Below, piece by piece: positions 1-10,105 of a DNA stretch of 64,000 nt. Made by a program: the position numbers and the translations under genes. The stretch's first letter is position 1. Every line of letters begins with the position of its first letter. Below the pieces are notes generated by a model that was not told where the DNA came from, did no database searches, and was given only the letters and a program-made list of their open reading frames with translations. Source of the DNA: Bacteroidales bacterium (lineage in GTDB: Bacteria > Bacteroidota > Bacteroidia > Bacteroidales > Paludibacteraceae); the NCBI GenBank assembly GCA_012519425.1, contig JAAYQF010000011.1:10658-74657 (forward strand), read 5' to 3'.

Positions 1-318
1 TTTGAAAAAACAACTCATGATTTTGAAAAAATCAAAGAACAAGACGGACTTGCAACCAAAAAGTTTGAATTTAAAAATACCGGCGATGCTCCTTTGATTA
101 TTAACAGGGTACATGCTTCTTGTGGCTGTACGGCTACTTCCTGGACCAAAGAACCGGTGTTGCCGGGGAAAACAGGCAGTATCACTGCATCTTATAATCC
201 GGCCAATCGTCCGGGCGTCTTCGTCAAAACTATTACTGTATACACCAATGCGGATAGTAAGCCTGTCCAATTGACCATCAAAGGTGATGTAATCCCTAAA
301 CCTGCTGTTCCACAATAA
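1..318 (+). CDS. DUF1573 domain protein (5' partial)
   Basis: Frame is open from base 1: FEKTTHDFEKIKEQDGLATKKFEFKNTGDAPLIINRVHASCGCT. The SCGCT motif and position upstream of meaB are typical of Bacteroidales. Confidence 0.9.
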   Translation, partial: FEKTTHDFEKIKEQDGLATKKFEFKNTGDAPLIINRVHASCGCTATSWTKEPVLPGKTGSITASYNPANRPGVFVKTITVYTNADSKPVQLTIKGDVIPKPAVPQ

Positions 319-326
319 ATTGCTGC

Positions 327-1427
327 ATGCGTCGTCATCATAAGCATCCCGAGAATGATCCGTCCTACAAAGGTTTGTCGGTCAATAGAGGTGTGGAAGG
401 TGTTTCTTCTGTAAACCCATATCAGAGGCCGAAAACCAAACGCCGTCAATTCACGGTTGAAGAATATCTGGATGGTATCCTGAAAGGAGATACCTCTGTG
501 CTTAGTCAGGCTGTCACCCTGATTGAAAGTGCTTTGCCCAAACACCAACAGCTTGCTCAAAAGCTTGTAGAGGCTTGTATGCCTTACACAGGAAATTCCA
601 TACGATTGGGTATTACAGGCGTTCCCGGAGCAGGCAAAAGTACTTTTATCGAAGCACTGGGGATGTATTTGGTGAAAAAATCACATAAATTGGCTGTACT
701 TGCTATTGACCCAAGCAGTGAACGTTCTAAAGGAAGTATATTGGGTGACAAAACCAGGATGGAGGAACTTTCGGTTGCCGAAAATGCTTTTATCCGTCCT
801 TCGCCATCGGCTGGTTCGTTGGGAGGCGTGGCTCGTAAAACCCGGGAAAGCATCATTCTTTGTGAAGCTGCCGGATATGATGTGATCTTTGTCGAAACCG
901 TCGGGGTTGGGCAGTCTGAGACCGCCGTACATTCCATGGTTGATTTCTTTCTTCTGTTGCAATTGGCAGGTGCCGGCGATGAATTACAGGGCATCAAAAG
1001 AGGCATCATGGAGATGGCTGACGGCATCGCCATCAACAAATCAGATGGTAATAATGTTGATAAAGCCCGAATAGCCAAAACCCAATATCAGAATGCCTTG
1101 CGTCTTTTCCCTGCTACCGATTCAGGCTGGTCGCCGGAAGTGATTCCTTGCTCGGCCTTAGAAAAAACGGGCATAGATGCTATCTGGGATATGGTGCTGA
1201 GATACGTGGAGCTCACACGCGCCAATCGTTTTTTTGATGCACACAGAAATCAGCAAGCAAAATATTGGATGTACGAAACCATCCACGAGCAACTCAGGGA
1301 TAGGTTCTATCAAGATCCTGAAATTATCAAAATGATTGCTGAGGTGGAAAAGAAAGTTTTAGCCAATGAAATAAGCTCCTTTGCAGGTGCCAAACTGCTA
1401 TTGGACCAATATGCTATAAAATCATAG
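327..1427 (+). CDS. meaB: Methylmalonyl-CoA mutase-associated GTPase MeaB
   Basis: GITGVPGAGKST P-loop, AIDPSS, ILGDKTRM, ETVGVGQSE, GDELQGIKRG. Confidence 0.95.
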   Translation: MRRHHKHPENDPSYKGLSVNRGVEGVSSVNPYQRPKTKRRQFTVEEYLDGILKGDTSVLSQAVTLIESALPKHQQLAQKLVEACMPYTGNSIRLGITGVPGAGKSTFIEALGMYLVKKSHKLAVLAIDPSSERSKGSILGDKTRMEELSVAENAFIRPSPSAGSLGGVARKTRESIILCEAAGYDVIFVETVGVGQSETAVHSMVDFFLLLQLAGAGDELQGIKRGIMEMADGIAINKSDGNNVDKARIAKTQYQNALRLFPATDSGWSPEVIPCSALEKTGIDAIWDMVLRYVELTRANRFFDAHRNQQAKYWMYETIHEQLRDRFYQDPEIIKMIAEVEKKVLANEISSFAGAKLLLDQYAIKS

Positions 1428-1956
1428 CTGCAGCAACCTCTTCAGCAACCTGTTTCCCTTTTAATTCTTCTACAATCTTCAAAGCAAAAGGAATGGCAAC
1501 ACCGGGACCTTTGGCGGTCAGTATGTTGTCTGATTTTGCAATTTTCGCTTGAGGGATCCTGGCTCCTGTCAACTGAGACTCAAAACCCGGATAGCAAACT
1601 GCTTCTTTGTTTTTTAAAGCTCCCATTTTACCAAGGATAGAAGGGGCAGCGCAGATAGCAGCAACTTTTTTACCCTTATTAAGCTGTGTTTCTATCAGCT
1701 TTTTCAAACCACTGTGATTGTCCAGGTTCAAGGTTCCCGGCATACCTCCCGGAAGGTAGATTAGATAATCACCCGAAAAATCAGCTTTTGAAAATACTGT
1801 GTCAGCTTGTACTCCAACGTTGTGAGCGCCTGTTACCAACAAATTGTCTGTGATGGATACAGTCGTAACTTCAATTCCGGCACGGCGGAAAATATCAACA
1901 GGTGCAATGGCTTCAATTTCTTCGAAACCTTCAGCTAAAAAAAGAAAAATACGCAT
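1414..1956 (-). CDS. DJ-1/PfpI (ThiJ/YajL) family protein
   Basis: GFEEIE, LPGGMPG and nucleophile elbow AAICAAP. Confidence 0.92.
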   Translation of the reverse strand: MRIFLFLAEGFEEIEAIAPVDIFRRAGIEVTTVSITDNLLVTGAHNVGVQADTVFSKADFSGDYLIYLPGGMPGTLNLDNHSGLKKLIETQLNKGKKVAAICAAPSILGKMGALKNKEAVCYPGFESQLTGARIPQAKIAKSDNILTAKGPGVAIPFALKIVEELKGKQVAEEVAAAMIL

Positions 1957-1958
1957 GG

Positions 1959-2690
1959 TTAATTCAGTTTAAAGTTATATGTAATGGTTCCGGTAACTGT
2001 TCCTTTACCGGATGAAAATCTGGTTTTTTTGGCTGCCTCTATGGCAGAATTTCTTATGGTGTTATCAGAAATGGTTCCTTTTTGTATCCGGGCACTGATC
2101 ACTTCTCCGGCATCATTGACACGTATTTCCACTGTCAAATAGCCTTCTGTGTTTGTACTATAGGCTGGTCGCGGCATTGAGCCTAACAAACCTCTACCGT
2201 CTAAAGTCCAGGAGTTGCCATCCATGTTTCCTTTGCCGACAGGGTTCCCTGCAATCGTTTCGCCTGTAGTCCGACCACTCCCACCGGTAGAAGAGTTGAA
2301 TAAATCTCCCATCAGTTCCTCAGCCTGTTGTGCTGCCCGTCTTTCTTCTTGTAATCTTCGCTCAGCTTCAGTCCTGGCAGCTTCTTCTTGTCTTCGCTTA
2401 GCGTCAGAAAGTGCAACGGACGCGTCTTCTTGCGTCAACACATCTTCGTCCTTTTCTTGTGCTGTTGTTGAAGATGATTGTTCCACGCGTTGTACGCTTG
2501 TCTCTACTGTTCCCCCACCTTCAACTGCGTCTCCAAAACTGATCATCAGACCACCATCTTCCTCATGTTGTAATTCGGGCAATACCACGAAGAACAATAT
2601 GAGCAGGATGATTATCACACTGACAATAGTCCCTGTCCAGGCATACAATTTTGATTTGGGAAATTTATGTAAAAACTTGTCAATTCGCAT
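1959..2690 (-). CDS. TonB family energy transducer (N-terminal TM anchor, TonB C-terminal domain)
   Basis: Single TM helix, charged linker and C-terminal beta-alpha-beta fold, downstream of exbBD. Start placed at the internal ATG (MRIDKF) just after the exbD stop. Confidence 0.8.
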   Translation of the reverse strand: MRIDKFLHKFPKSKLYAWTGTIVSVIIILLILFFVVLPELQHEEDGGLMISFGDAVEGGGTVETSVQRVEQSSSTTAQEKDEDVLTQEDASVALSDAKRRQEEAARTEAERRLQEERRAAQQAEELMGDLFNSSTGGSGRTTGETIAGNPVGKGNMDGNSWTLDGRGLLGSMPRPAYSTNTEGYLTVEIRVNDAGEVISARIQKGTISDNTIRNSAIEAAKKTRFSSGKGTVTGTITYNFKLN

Positions 2691-2694
2691 ATTG

Positions 2695-3111
2695 CTATCT
2701 TTCTGATGCTCTCGTTGCAACCACTAATTTAAGTTTATGTTGATTAGCTATGTCCAATACCCTGACCACCTCTTTGTAAGCAATTTGTTGGTCGGCATGA
2801 AGCGCAATATATGTTGTGGAATCTTGTGCAACCAAATCTAAAATATATGACTCTAACATTTCCGGAGCTATCTGTGTTGGTCTTTCTGTTCCTTTGGCAA
2901 CGAAGAACCGCCCGTTTCCATCTATCGATACCTTAGCTACTACGGATCTTGTAGAGGTGGTTGACCTGCTCTGTGGTAGGTTAAGTTTGATGTCGTTAGG
3001 CGACGACATGGTAGAAGCTATGATGAAAAACAGAAGCAACAGAAAAATTATGTCTGTCATGGACGACATGGAAAAACCGGCTTCAGCTTTTAAGTTTTTT
3101 TTGATGGCCAT
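2695..3111 (-). CDS. exbD: Biopolymer transporter ExbD
   Basis: MSSMTDIIFLLLLFF TM segment with conserved Asp; LHADQQIAYKEVVRVLD. Confidence 0.93.
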   Translation of the reverse strand: MAIKKNLKAEAGFSMSSMTDIIFLLLLFFIIASTMSSPNDIKLNLPQSRSTTSTRSVVAKVSIDGNGRFFVAKGTERPTQIAPEMLESYILDLVAQDSTTYIALHADQQIAYKEVVRVLDIANQHKLKLVVATRASER

Positions 3112-3137
3112 CGTTTTATTCCTTTAATTTTAATTTG

Positions 3138-3833
3138 TTACGCTGGTTCATTTAATAAATCGAGAAATTCTATACTTCTGGCTTCTAACCTACGAACCAC
3201 TGAATCAACGCGAGAAACCAAATAATTATAACCAAAATACGCAATAATTCCAACTATCAACCCGGCAATGGTTGTAACCATGGCTTGATACATACCTACC
3301 GACAAATCTGACAACTGAATTGTTCCGGTATTATTCAGTGACAAATTATAAAAAGTAGTCACCATTCCTGTAACAGTACCAAGGAACCCTAACATGGGTG
3401 CACCACCGGCTATAGAAGCCATAATTACCAAGCCTTTTTCCAGATTGGCAACTTCCAGGCTACCGATGTTTTCGATGGCGACGAGCACGTCATTCATCGG
3501 ACGCCCCAGTCTGCTGATGCCTTTTTCTATCATTCTGGATATTGGATTGTTTGTGTCCTTGCAAAGTTTTTGAGCTGCCTCGATTTTACCGTCATGGATA
3601 TAGTCTCTAATCCTGTTCATAAAAGATTTGTCTTCTTCCAATGCTTGTTTCAGCGTGACCAAACGCTCAATAAACATATAGATGGCAATGACAAGCATGA
3701 TAGCCAAAATAATCATAATAGGTCCGCCGTAAGTAGCCATTGTCCAAAGATTCATCTTAGCCGGAGCACTTGCGGTTTGTACGGTTTCATCAATTAAATC
3801 TGCCTGTAGCAGTATAAACATGAGCTGATTCAT
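3138..3833 (-). CDS. exbB: MotA/TolQ/ExbB proton channel protein
   Basis: APMLGFLGTVTGM and ALVTT-like AMVTTIAGLIVGI motifs. Confidence 0.93.
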   Translation of the reverse strand: MNQLMFILLQADLIDETVQTASAPAKMNLWTMATYGGPIMIILAIMLVIAIYMFIERLVTLKQALEEDKSFMNRIRDYIHDGKIEAAQKLCKDTNNPISRMIEKGISRLGRPMNDVLVAIENIGSLEVANLEKGLVIMASIAGGAPMLGFLGTVTGMVTTFYNLSLNNTGTIQLSDLSVGMYQAMVTTIAGLIVGIIAYFGYNYLVSRVDSVVRRLEARSIEFLDLLNEPA

Positions 3834-3848
3834 TTTCTTAAATAAATG

Positions 3849-4562
3849 TTATTTTAGTTGATCTTTATATTTTTTTATGGTTTCTTCTAATCCGTAATAC
3901 AGGGCATCCGAAATCAGTGCATGTCCGATTGACACTTCATCAATCCATGGAATATTATCAGATAAATATTTCAGGTTGATTAAACTCAAATCGTGACCGG
4001 CATTTAAGCCTAATCCTATATCTTTGACACATTGAGCAGCCTTGATAAAAGGTGCTATTGCTTTTTCTTTGTTGACCAAATAACCGACGGCGTAAGGTTC
4101 TGTATATAATTCTACCCGGTCAGTTCCGGTTTTTGCCGCTGCTTCAATATTTTTGCAGTCGGTATCAATAAAAACAGACACCCGAATGCCTGCCTGCTTG
4201 AATTCAGCAATTACTTCCCGTAAGAAATCCTGATGTTTGATTGCGTCCCATCCTGCGTTGGAGGTCAATGCTTCGGGAGGATCCGGAACTAAAGTAACCT
4301 GATGAGGCTTAACGGACTTCACCAAAGAGATGAATCGATCTGTGGGATAGCCTTCTATATTGAATTCGGTCGTAATTAGTGGTCTTAAATCCAGTACATC
4401 CTGATACCTGATGTGTCGCTCATCCGGTCGCGGATGAACAGTGATGCCCTGTGCCCCAAATCGTTCGCAATCAACTGCAACCTGAAGTACATCGGGTATA
4501 TTACCTCCCCTTGCATTGCGAATGGTGGCGATTTTATTTATGTTTACACTTAGTTTTGTCAT
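3849..4562 (-). CDS. pdxJ: Pyridoxine 5'-phosphate synthase
   Basis: [41 protein letters not shown]. Confidence 0.96.
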   Translation of the reverse strand: MTKLSVNINKIATIRNARGGNIPDVLQVAVDCERFGAQGITVHPRPDERHIRYQDVLDLRPLITTEFNIEGYPTDRFISLVKSVKPHQVTLVPDPPEALTSNAGWDAIKHQDFLREVIAEFKQAGIRVSVFIDTDCKNIEAAAKTGTDRVELYTEPYAVGYLVNKEKAIAPFIKAAQCVKDIGLGLNAGHDLSLINLKYLSDNIPWIDEVSIGHALISDALYYGLEETIKKYKDQLK

Positions 4563-4635
4563 GAGGACTAAAGATTTGCAAAATCAACAATAAAATATTT
4601 CCTTTGTAGTGGATTTATTTCTTTTATTCAGCCTA

Positions 4636-4643
4636 CAAAAATA
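4636..4643 (-). promoter_or_regulatory. Bacteroidota -7 promoter box for the pdxJ-exbBD-tonB operon
   Basis: Minus strand TATTTTTG matches TAnnTTTG. Confidence 0.55.
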
Positions 4644-4668
4644 AACGAAATAAGCGAACAAAAAAAAT

Positions 4669-5541
4669 ATGACTATAGCCGTTTTTGGAAACACATTTTC
4701 TCCTACAGTACTGGATATTTTGGATACGATTTTCAGCTATTTTAACCACACAGATGTGCAGTTAATAGTTGATCGTCAGTTGCTTGCATATTATCAAAAA
4801 AAATCCGTTCCACCCTCAAATTTGAAACATACAATTGATAACGATGATTTTCAGGCCGATTTTTCGTTAAGTGTTGGCGGTGACGGCACTTTTTTAAACA
4901 CGGCGGCGCGCATTGGTTCTAAAAATATACCAATCATGGGAATCAATACAGGTCGTTTGGGTTTTTTGACTGATGTTTCTGTGGATGAAATAGAAAAAGC
5001 TTTGGATGCGATTAAGCATCGTCAAATCAGTTATGAGGAGCGTACCTTGTTGAAAGTAGAAGTTTCGGATGGCAGCAAGATAGATTATCCCTATGTGCTG
5101 AATGATGTGGCAGTACTAAAACAAGAAAGTGCATCCATGATCAATGTCATTACTTATTTAAATGATGAAGCTGTACACGCGTATCACTCAGATGGTTTAA
5201 TTGTGTCCACTCCGACCGGATCAACGGCTTACTCCATGAGTGCGGGAGGACCCTTGTTGGTTCCGCAGACGCAGAATATTATACTCACTCCTGTAGCCTC
5301 ACATAGCCTTACGGTGCGTCCATTAGTCATTCCCGACGATTGGAAAATTGATTTGGAGGTGCGAAGCAGAAGCGGTAATTATCAGCTAACTTTAGACGGA
5401 CGGACAATGGTGTTGGAGCAGGATAAAAAAATCAGAATTTCTAAGGCTGAGTATAAGATTAGGGTAGCCAAACAATTGAATCATACTTTTTTTGATTCTT
5501 TGAGGAGTAAATTGATGTGGGGACTTGATAAACGCAATTAA
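4669..5541 (+). CDS. nadK: NAD kinase
   Basis: GGDGTFL, GINTGRLGFL, NDV, STPTGSTAYSMSAGGP. Confidence 0.95.
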   Translation: MTIAVFGNTFSPTVLDILDTIFSYFNHTDVQLIVDRQLLAYYQKKSVPPSNLKHTIDNDDFQADFSLSVGGDGTFLNTAARIGSKNIPIMGINTGRLGFLTDVSVDEIEKALDAIKHRQISYEERTLLKVEVSDGSKIDYPYVLNDVAVLKQESASMINVITYLNDEAVHAYHSDGLIVSTPTGSTAYSMSAGGPLLVPQTQNIILTPVASHSLTVRPLVIPDDWKIDLEVRSRSGNYQLTLDGRTMVLEQDKKIRISKAEYKIRVAKQLNHTFFDSLRSKLMWGLDKRN

Positions 5542-6387
5542 ATGGCTAACAAGGATATGAGCATTGTTCCGGGACCGATAGGGGTTTTTGATTCAGGCTA
5601 TGGTGGTTTGACGATTTTGGAAAAGATCAGAAATGAACTTCCTGAATACGATTATATCTATTTGGGTGATAATGCACGTACACCTTATGGTACACGGTCT
5701 TTTGACGTGGTCTATCAATATACTTTGGAGTCCGTGAAAAAACTATTTGATATGGGCTGTCATCTGGTGATACTGGGTTGTAATACCTCTTCAGCAAAAG
5801 CATTAAGATCTATACAACAACAAGATTTGCCTCTGATTAATAAAGGAAGGCGTGTGTTGGGCGTAATTCGACCTACTGTGGAGGTATTGGATCAGGTCAC
5901 TGTAACCAAGCATGTGGGGATGTTTGCTACGCCTGGTACCGTGAAGTCAGATTCTTATTTGTTGGAAATTCAAAAGCTCTTTCCGGATATCCGGCTAACA
6001 TCAGAGGCTTGTCCGATGTGGGTCCCGCTGATCGAAAACAATGAACATTTGTCGCCGGGTGCAGATTATTTTGTCAGGCAACACATAGATAATTTATTGA
6101 ACATAGATGCTGAAATCGACACAATTATCCTGGGATGTACTCATTATCCGCTCATTCTGCCTACTATTTTAAAGTTTTTGCCCAAGCATATCCGGGTTAT
6201 AACACAAGGTGAAATAGTGGCTAAAAGTTTAGGGACTTATCTGGATAACCATCCGGAGATGCGGGTAAAATGTACTACCAAAGGATCTGTTGTCTATTAT
6301 ACAACAGAAACAGTTGAAAAGTTTGCAAGTATGGCTTCGATTTTTCTGAAAGAAGAACACGTGTCAGCCATCAACATCCAATTATAA
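5542..6387 (+). CDS. murI: Glutamate racemase
   Basis: IGVFDSGYGG, catalytic CNT and ILGCTHYP. Confidence 0.96.
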   Translation: MANKDMSIVPGPIGVFDSGYGGLTILEKIRNELPEYDYIYLGDNARTPYGTRSFDVVYQYTLESVKKLFDMGCHLVILGCNTSSAKALRSIQQQDLPLINKGRRVLGVIRPTVEVLDQVTVTKHVGMFATPGTVKSDSYLLEIQKLFPDIRLTSEACPMWVPLIENNEHLSPGADYFVRQHIDNLLNIDAEIDTIILGCTHYPLILPTILKFLPKHIRVITQGEIVAKSLGTYLDNHPEMRVKCTTKGSVVYYTTETVEKFASMASIFLKEEHVSAINIQL

Positions 6388-6405
6388 ATTAAGTATTTAG
6401 TAGTA

Positions 6406-8865
6406 GTGCAACTCGTGAAAATTGCCCATATCATTGGCTCTAAAGCGGATATTCCTAAAGATATCGAGATTAACTGGTTGTTAACTGACAGTCGTTCGTT
6501 GACATTTCCGGCCAAAAGCCTGTTTTTTGCACTTGTTAGTCAGAGAAACAACGGGCATCGGTATATTCAGGATTTGTACCGTCAAGGTGTACGCTTCTTT
6601 GTTATCAGTGAGTTGCGTCCCGAATTTAAGACCATGCGGGATGCTTTTTTCTTACAAGTTGAAGACACCTTGGAGGCTCTGCAACAAATTGCTACAGCCC
6701 ATCGGTCTGTTTTTGACATACCGGTTGTAGGCATAACAGGCAGCAACGGCAAAACCATTGTCAAAGAATGGCTCTTTCAATTGCTTCATGAAGATTTTGA
6801 AATGGTGCGCTCACCTCGTAGTTACAACTCCCAGATTGGCGTTCCTTTATCGGTTTGGCAACTGAAGAGTGATACGGAATTGGCTGTTTTTGAAGCGGGT
6901 ATCTCCAAACCGGGCGAGATGGAGCGCTTGGAACGTATCGTTCGTCCTACCATCGGTATCTTTACCAACATAGGAGATGCACATCAGGAAAATTTCTCCG
7001 ATTATCCTGAAAAAATAAGAGAAAAACTACAATTGTTTACGCATTCCAAATATATCATTTATTGCAGTGATAACCCTGTGCTTCATGCTGAAATGACCCG
7101 TATTAAAACGAAAGGTACCTTGTTGAGTTGGGGGAAGTCACCAGATAATTATGTGCAATTGATTGAAGCGCAAAAAGTAAATGGTAAAACTAATTTATTG
7201 GTTCAATGGCAAAATGTAAAATTTACTTTTTGCATACCTTTTACGGATGATGCATCGGTTGAAAATGCTATGCATTGCATTACGTTTATGCACCATTTTA
7301 AATATACACCGGAAGCAATCAATCAAAGGCTGTTACACTTAGAAAGTGTCGCTATGCGATTGGAACTCAAGCAGGGAGTTCGGGAGTGTTTGTTGATTAA
7401 TGATAGCTATAACGCTGATTTAAACGCCCTGAATATTGCTTTGGATTTTTTATCTCAGCAAGCCGTGTCCAAACAATTATCCAAAACCATTATCCTGTCT
7501 GATATTTTGCAAAGCGGTTTTAGGTCAGATGAGTTGTATAAGCATGTGGCCGTACTTATGAAAGCCAAGAATATTCACAGATTTATTGGGGTAGGAGAGG
7601 AACTTTTAAAGCATGCCGAATTATTTGCCGGCATTGATGCACAATTCTTTTCCACAACCGAAGAATTACTGCAGGATGCTGTGATGCTGAGTTTTAGAAA
7701 CGAAGCTATTTTGCTGAAAGGCTCAAGAAAGTTTGAGTTTGAAAAAATTTCGCACAGGTTGGAGTTAATTGCACATGAGACCGTGTTGGAAGTCGATCTC
7801 AATGCATTAATTGAGAACTTGAATTATTTCAGATCAAAATTATCCGAGGAAACTAAAATCATGTGCATGGTCAAAGCCTTTGGATATGGAAGTGGTTCCA
7901 TCGAAATCGCCAAGGCTTTGCAACACCATCGGGCAGATTATTTGGCTGTTGCAGTTGCAGATGAAGGCGCAGAACTCCGTCGTTCAGGCATTCATATTCC
8001 TATTGTGGTAATGAATCCCGAAAAAAGCACATTCGATGTATTGTTTGAAAACAATTTAGAACCTGAGATTTACAGCTTTAATCTGCTAAAGGCATTCGTC
8101 AATGCTGCCGGCAAGTTGGGTTTGACCGATTATCCCATTCATGTCAAAATAGATACAGGCATGCATCGCCTCGGTTTTGAACCTGAAGACATGGCTGAAT
8201 TGATCCAGTATTTAAAACAATGCAACCAGGTGAAGGTAAAGTCAGTTTTTACCCATTTGGCGGGTGCGGATGATGAGCAATTGGATGATTTCACCCATCA
8301 GCAAATGAGGATTTTTACCTTTTGCACCCGGCAATTTACAAAGGCTTTTTCCCATCCTATCATCAGACATATACTCAATTCAGCGGGAATAGAACGCTTT
8401 CCGGAATATCAACTGGACATGGTGAGATTAGGTATCGGTCATTATGGTATTTCAGCTTTACCGGATGTGCATTTGCAACAAGTTTGTGCCCTGAAAACCA
8501 TTATACTGCAATTGAAAAAGGTGAAATCCGGCGAAACAGTCGGCTACAGTCGCAATGGCAAGGTTGAAACAGACAAGTTGATCGCCACCCTTCCCATAGG
8601 TTATGCAGACGGTTATGACAGGAAGTTAAGCAACGGCATAGGGAAGGTTTATGTACAAGGACAATATGCGCCGGTAATAGGCAATATTTCTATGGATCTG
8701 ACGGCGGTGGATGTGACCGGGTTGGATGTTAGCGAAGGCGATGTAGTGGAAATCTTTGGTGAAAATATTAGTATTTCAACCTTGGCAAAAAAACTTGATA
8801 CCATTCCTTATGAGATTTTAACTTCGGTGTCGAGGAGGGTGAAGAGGGTGTATTTTCAGGAATAG
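6406..8865 (+). CDS. alr: Bifunctional MurF-like ligase / alanine racemase
   Basis: N-terminal GITGSNGKT Mur-ligase fold; C-terminal VKAFGYG (PLP Lys), HVKIDTGMHRLG, IGYADG. GTG start. The fusion is common in Bacteroidota. Confidence 0.93.
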   Translation: MQLVKIAHIIGSKADIPKDIEINWLLTDSRSLTFPAKSLFFALVSQRNNGHRYIQDLYRQGVRFFVISELRPEFKTMRDAFFLQVEDTLEALQQIATAHRSVFDIPVVGITGSNGKTIVKEWLFQLLHEDFEMVRSPRSYNSQIGVPLSVWQLKSDTELAVFEAGISKPGEMERLERIVRPTIGIFTNIGDAHQENFSDYPEKIREKLQLFTHSKYIIYCSDNPVLHAEMTRIKTKGTLLSWGKSPDNYVQLIEAQKVNGKTNLLVQWQNVKFTFCIPFTDDASVENAMHCITFMHHFKYTPEAINQRLLHLESVAMRLELKQGVRECLLINDSYNADLNALNIALDFLSQQAVSKQLSKTIILSDILQSGFRSDELYKHVAVLMKAKNIHRFIGVGEELLKHAELFAGIDAQFFSTTEELLQDAVMLSFRNEAILLKGSRKFEFEKISHRLELIAHETVLEVDLNALIENLNYFRSKLSEETKIMCMVKAFGYGSGSIEIAKALQHHRADYLAVAVADEGAELRRSGIHIPIVVMNPEKSTFDVLFENNLEPEIYSFNLLKAFVNAAGKLGLTDYPIHVKIDTGMHRLGFEPEDMAELIQYLKQCNQVKVKSVFTHLAGADDEQLDDFTHQQMRIFTFCTRQFTKAFSHPIIRHILNSAGIERFPEYQLDMVRLGIGHYGISALPDVHLQQVCALKTIILQLKKVKSGETVGYSRNGKVETDKLIATLPIGYADGYDRKLSNGIGKVYVQGQYAPVIGNISMDLTAVDVTGLDVSEGDVVEIFGENISISTLAKKLDTIPYEILTSVSRRVKRVYFQE

Positions 8866-8866
8866 G

Positions 8867-9010
8867 GGTCCGCGGTCCGTGGTCCGTGGATGCGTGGTAC
8901 GGGTTCCGCGGTAGCGCGGTCGCGAGTTCGCAATTTTTTTGAGCGAAGCGTATATGGCTTGGTTTTTTTGTTTCGTTTTTTTGTATCAAGACAAAACATG
9001 AAGAGGAATG
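8867..9010 (+). repeat. Repeat-system locus E1: GC-rich heptamer tract plus 3' pseudoknot module
   Basis: GGTCCGC GGTCCGT GGTCCGT ... GTTCCGC directly after the alr stop, then TTTTTGAGCGAAGCG and TCAAGACAAAACATGAAG, which resemble the 14.9 and 35.9 kb copies. Confidence 0.8.
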
Positions 9011-9055
9011 TAGAAAAACAAAGTCACGGTCAGGCTGTTTATAAATAGAGATATA

Positions 9056-9826
9056 ATGGTTCTTGCATTTATTCATAATATCACAACATCAACATCACTT
9101 GTTCAAAGCGCTTATGCCTTATCCGTGCAGTTTAAAAAAACATTTGGCGTTTTTGTAATTTGTGCATCGCAATCGGACGAAAAAATACAACAAACATCTG
9201 TTTCAGAGCAATTAAATACATTTGGAATTCATCCGGACTATTTGGCTGTACAAACATTTCAGTTAAATGATCTGACTGAAATATGTGAGGCAGAAGAAGC
9301 ATCTTTTTTGTTTTTGCAACTATCTGACAATAAAGTCCGTACTATTAAAAAATACCTCAGTGCCTGTCGTAAATTGCGTATACCCTATTTGATGTACAAG
9401 GATGGTTTTGATGTTTTGCGTGCCCAAAAGGTATTAGTACCCGTTAATTTTTTGATTGAAGAAATAGAAAAGGCACAATTTGCGGCAGCTTTTGGCAGAT
9501 TTTGTTACTCAGAGATTACTTTGTTGCAGGCTAAGGATTACGGAACAAAAGCAGCCGGGAATGTGGCTAAGATATCAACAATATTGGACAAATTTGACCT
9601 TATTTATCATGTAGAAATAGGTCGCAAAGACAGTTTTAAAATCGATAGTTTTGCTTTACAGTATGCATGCAAAAATAATTACGACCTGTTGATTATCAGC
9701 ACATCAAGAGAATATGGGTTAGATGACATTGTTTTTGGTCCCAAAGAACTACACCTGATAAAAAAGACAGATTTACCCATCATGCTTATTAATCCACGTG
9801 ATGATTTGTACGTACTGTGTGATTGA
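9056..9826 (+). CDS. Universal stress protein (USP-like) domain protein
   Basis: C-terminal KVLVPVNF...DLLIIST...VFGPKELHLIKKTDLPIMLINP has the USP fold pattern. Confidence 0.7.
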   Translation: MVLAFIHNITTSTSLVQSAYALSVQFKKTFGVFVICASQSDEKIQQTSVSEQLNTFGIHPDYLAVQTFQLNDLTEICEAEEASFLFLQLSDNKVRTIKKYLSACRKLRIPYLMYKDGFDVLRAQKVLVPVNFLIEEIEKAQFAAAFGRFCYSEITLLQAKDYGTKAAGNVAKISTILDKFDLIYHVEIGRKDSFKIDSFALQYACKNNYDLLIISTSREYGLDDIVFGPKELHLIKKTDLPIMLINPRDDLYVLCD

Positions 9827-10105
9827 ATTTATTTAATTGATTTTTCGATGAAATGATTGACAATCTATTATTTAACGGAGGATGGATTGTTATATGTTTT
9901 TTAGACACATAATTGTAGACAGTCAGCCTTTGTGCAGCAGTGCCGATTTGCTTCGTTTCAATATGGAAGGCAAATCGAAATTTAAAATTGAAAAAGTCGG
10001 TTTGACTCCGAACAAGGTGGTGTTTGTTAGAATTGATGATTTTAATTATTTTCGCAACAATGAAGTATGTTGACTGAAGATTAGATTCTTATAAAATAGA
10101 AGTAA

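Noticed and set aside
6406-8865. MurF-Alr fusion as a novelty
   Set aside because: A known, widespread Bacteroidota fusion.
8768-9076. 102-aa minus-strand ORF
   Set aside because: Antisense to alr and the USP gene and runs through repeat element E1; no protein-like features.
9882-10073. 63-aa ORF between USP and pcm
   Set aside because: No recognisable motif; the region contains a hairpin (CGATTTGC...GCAAATCG) and probable promoter DNA.
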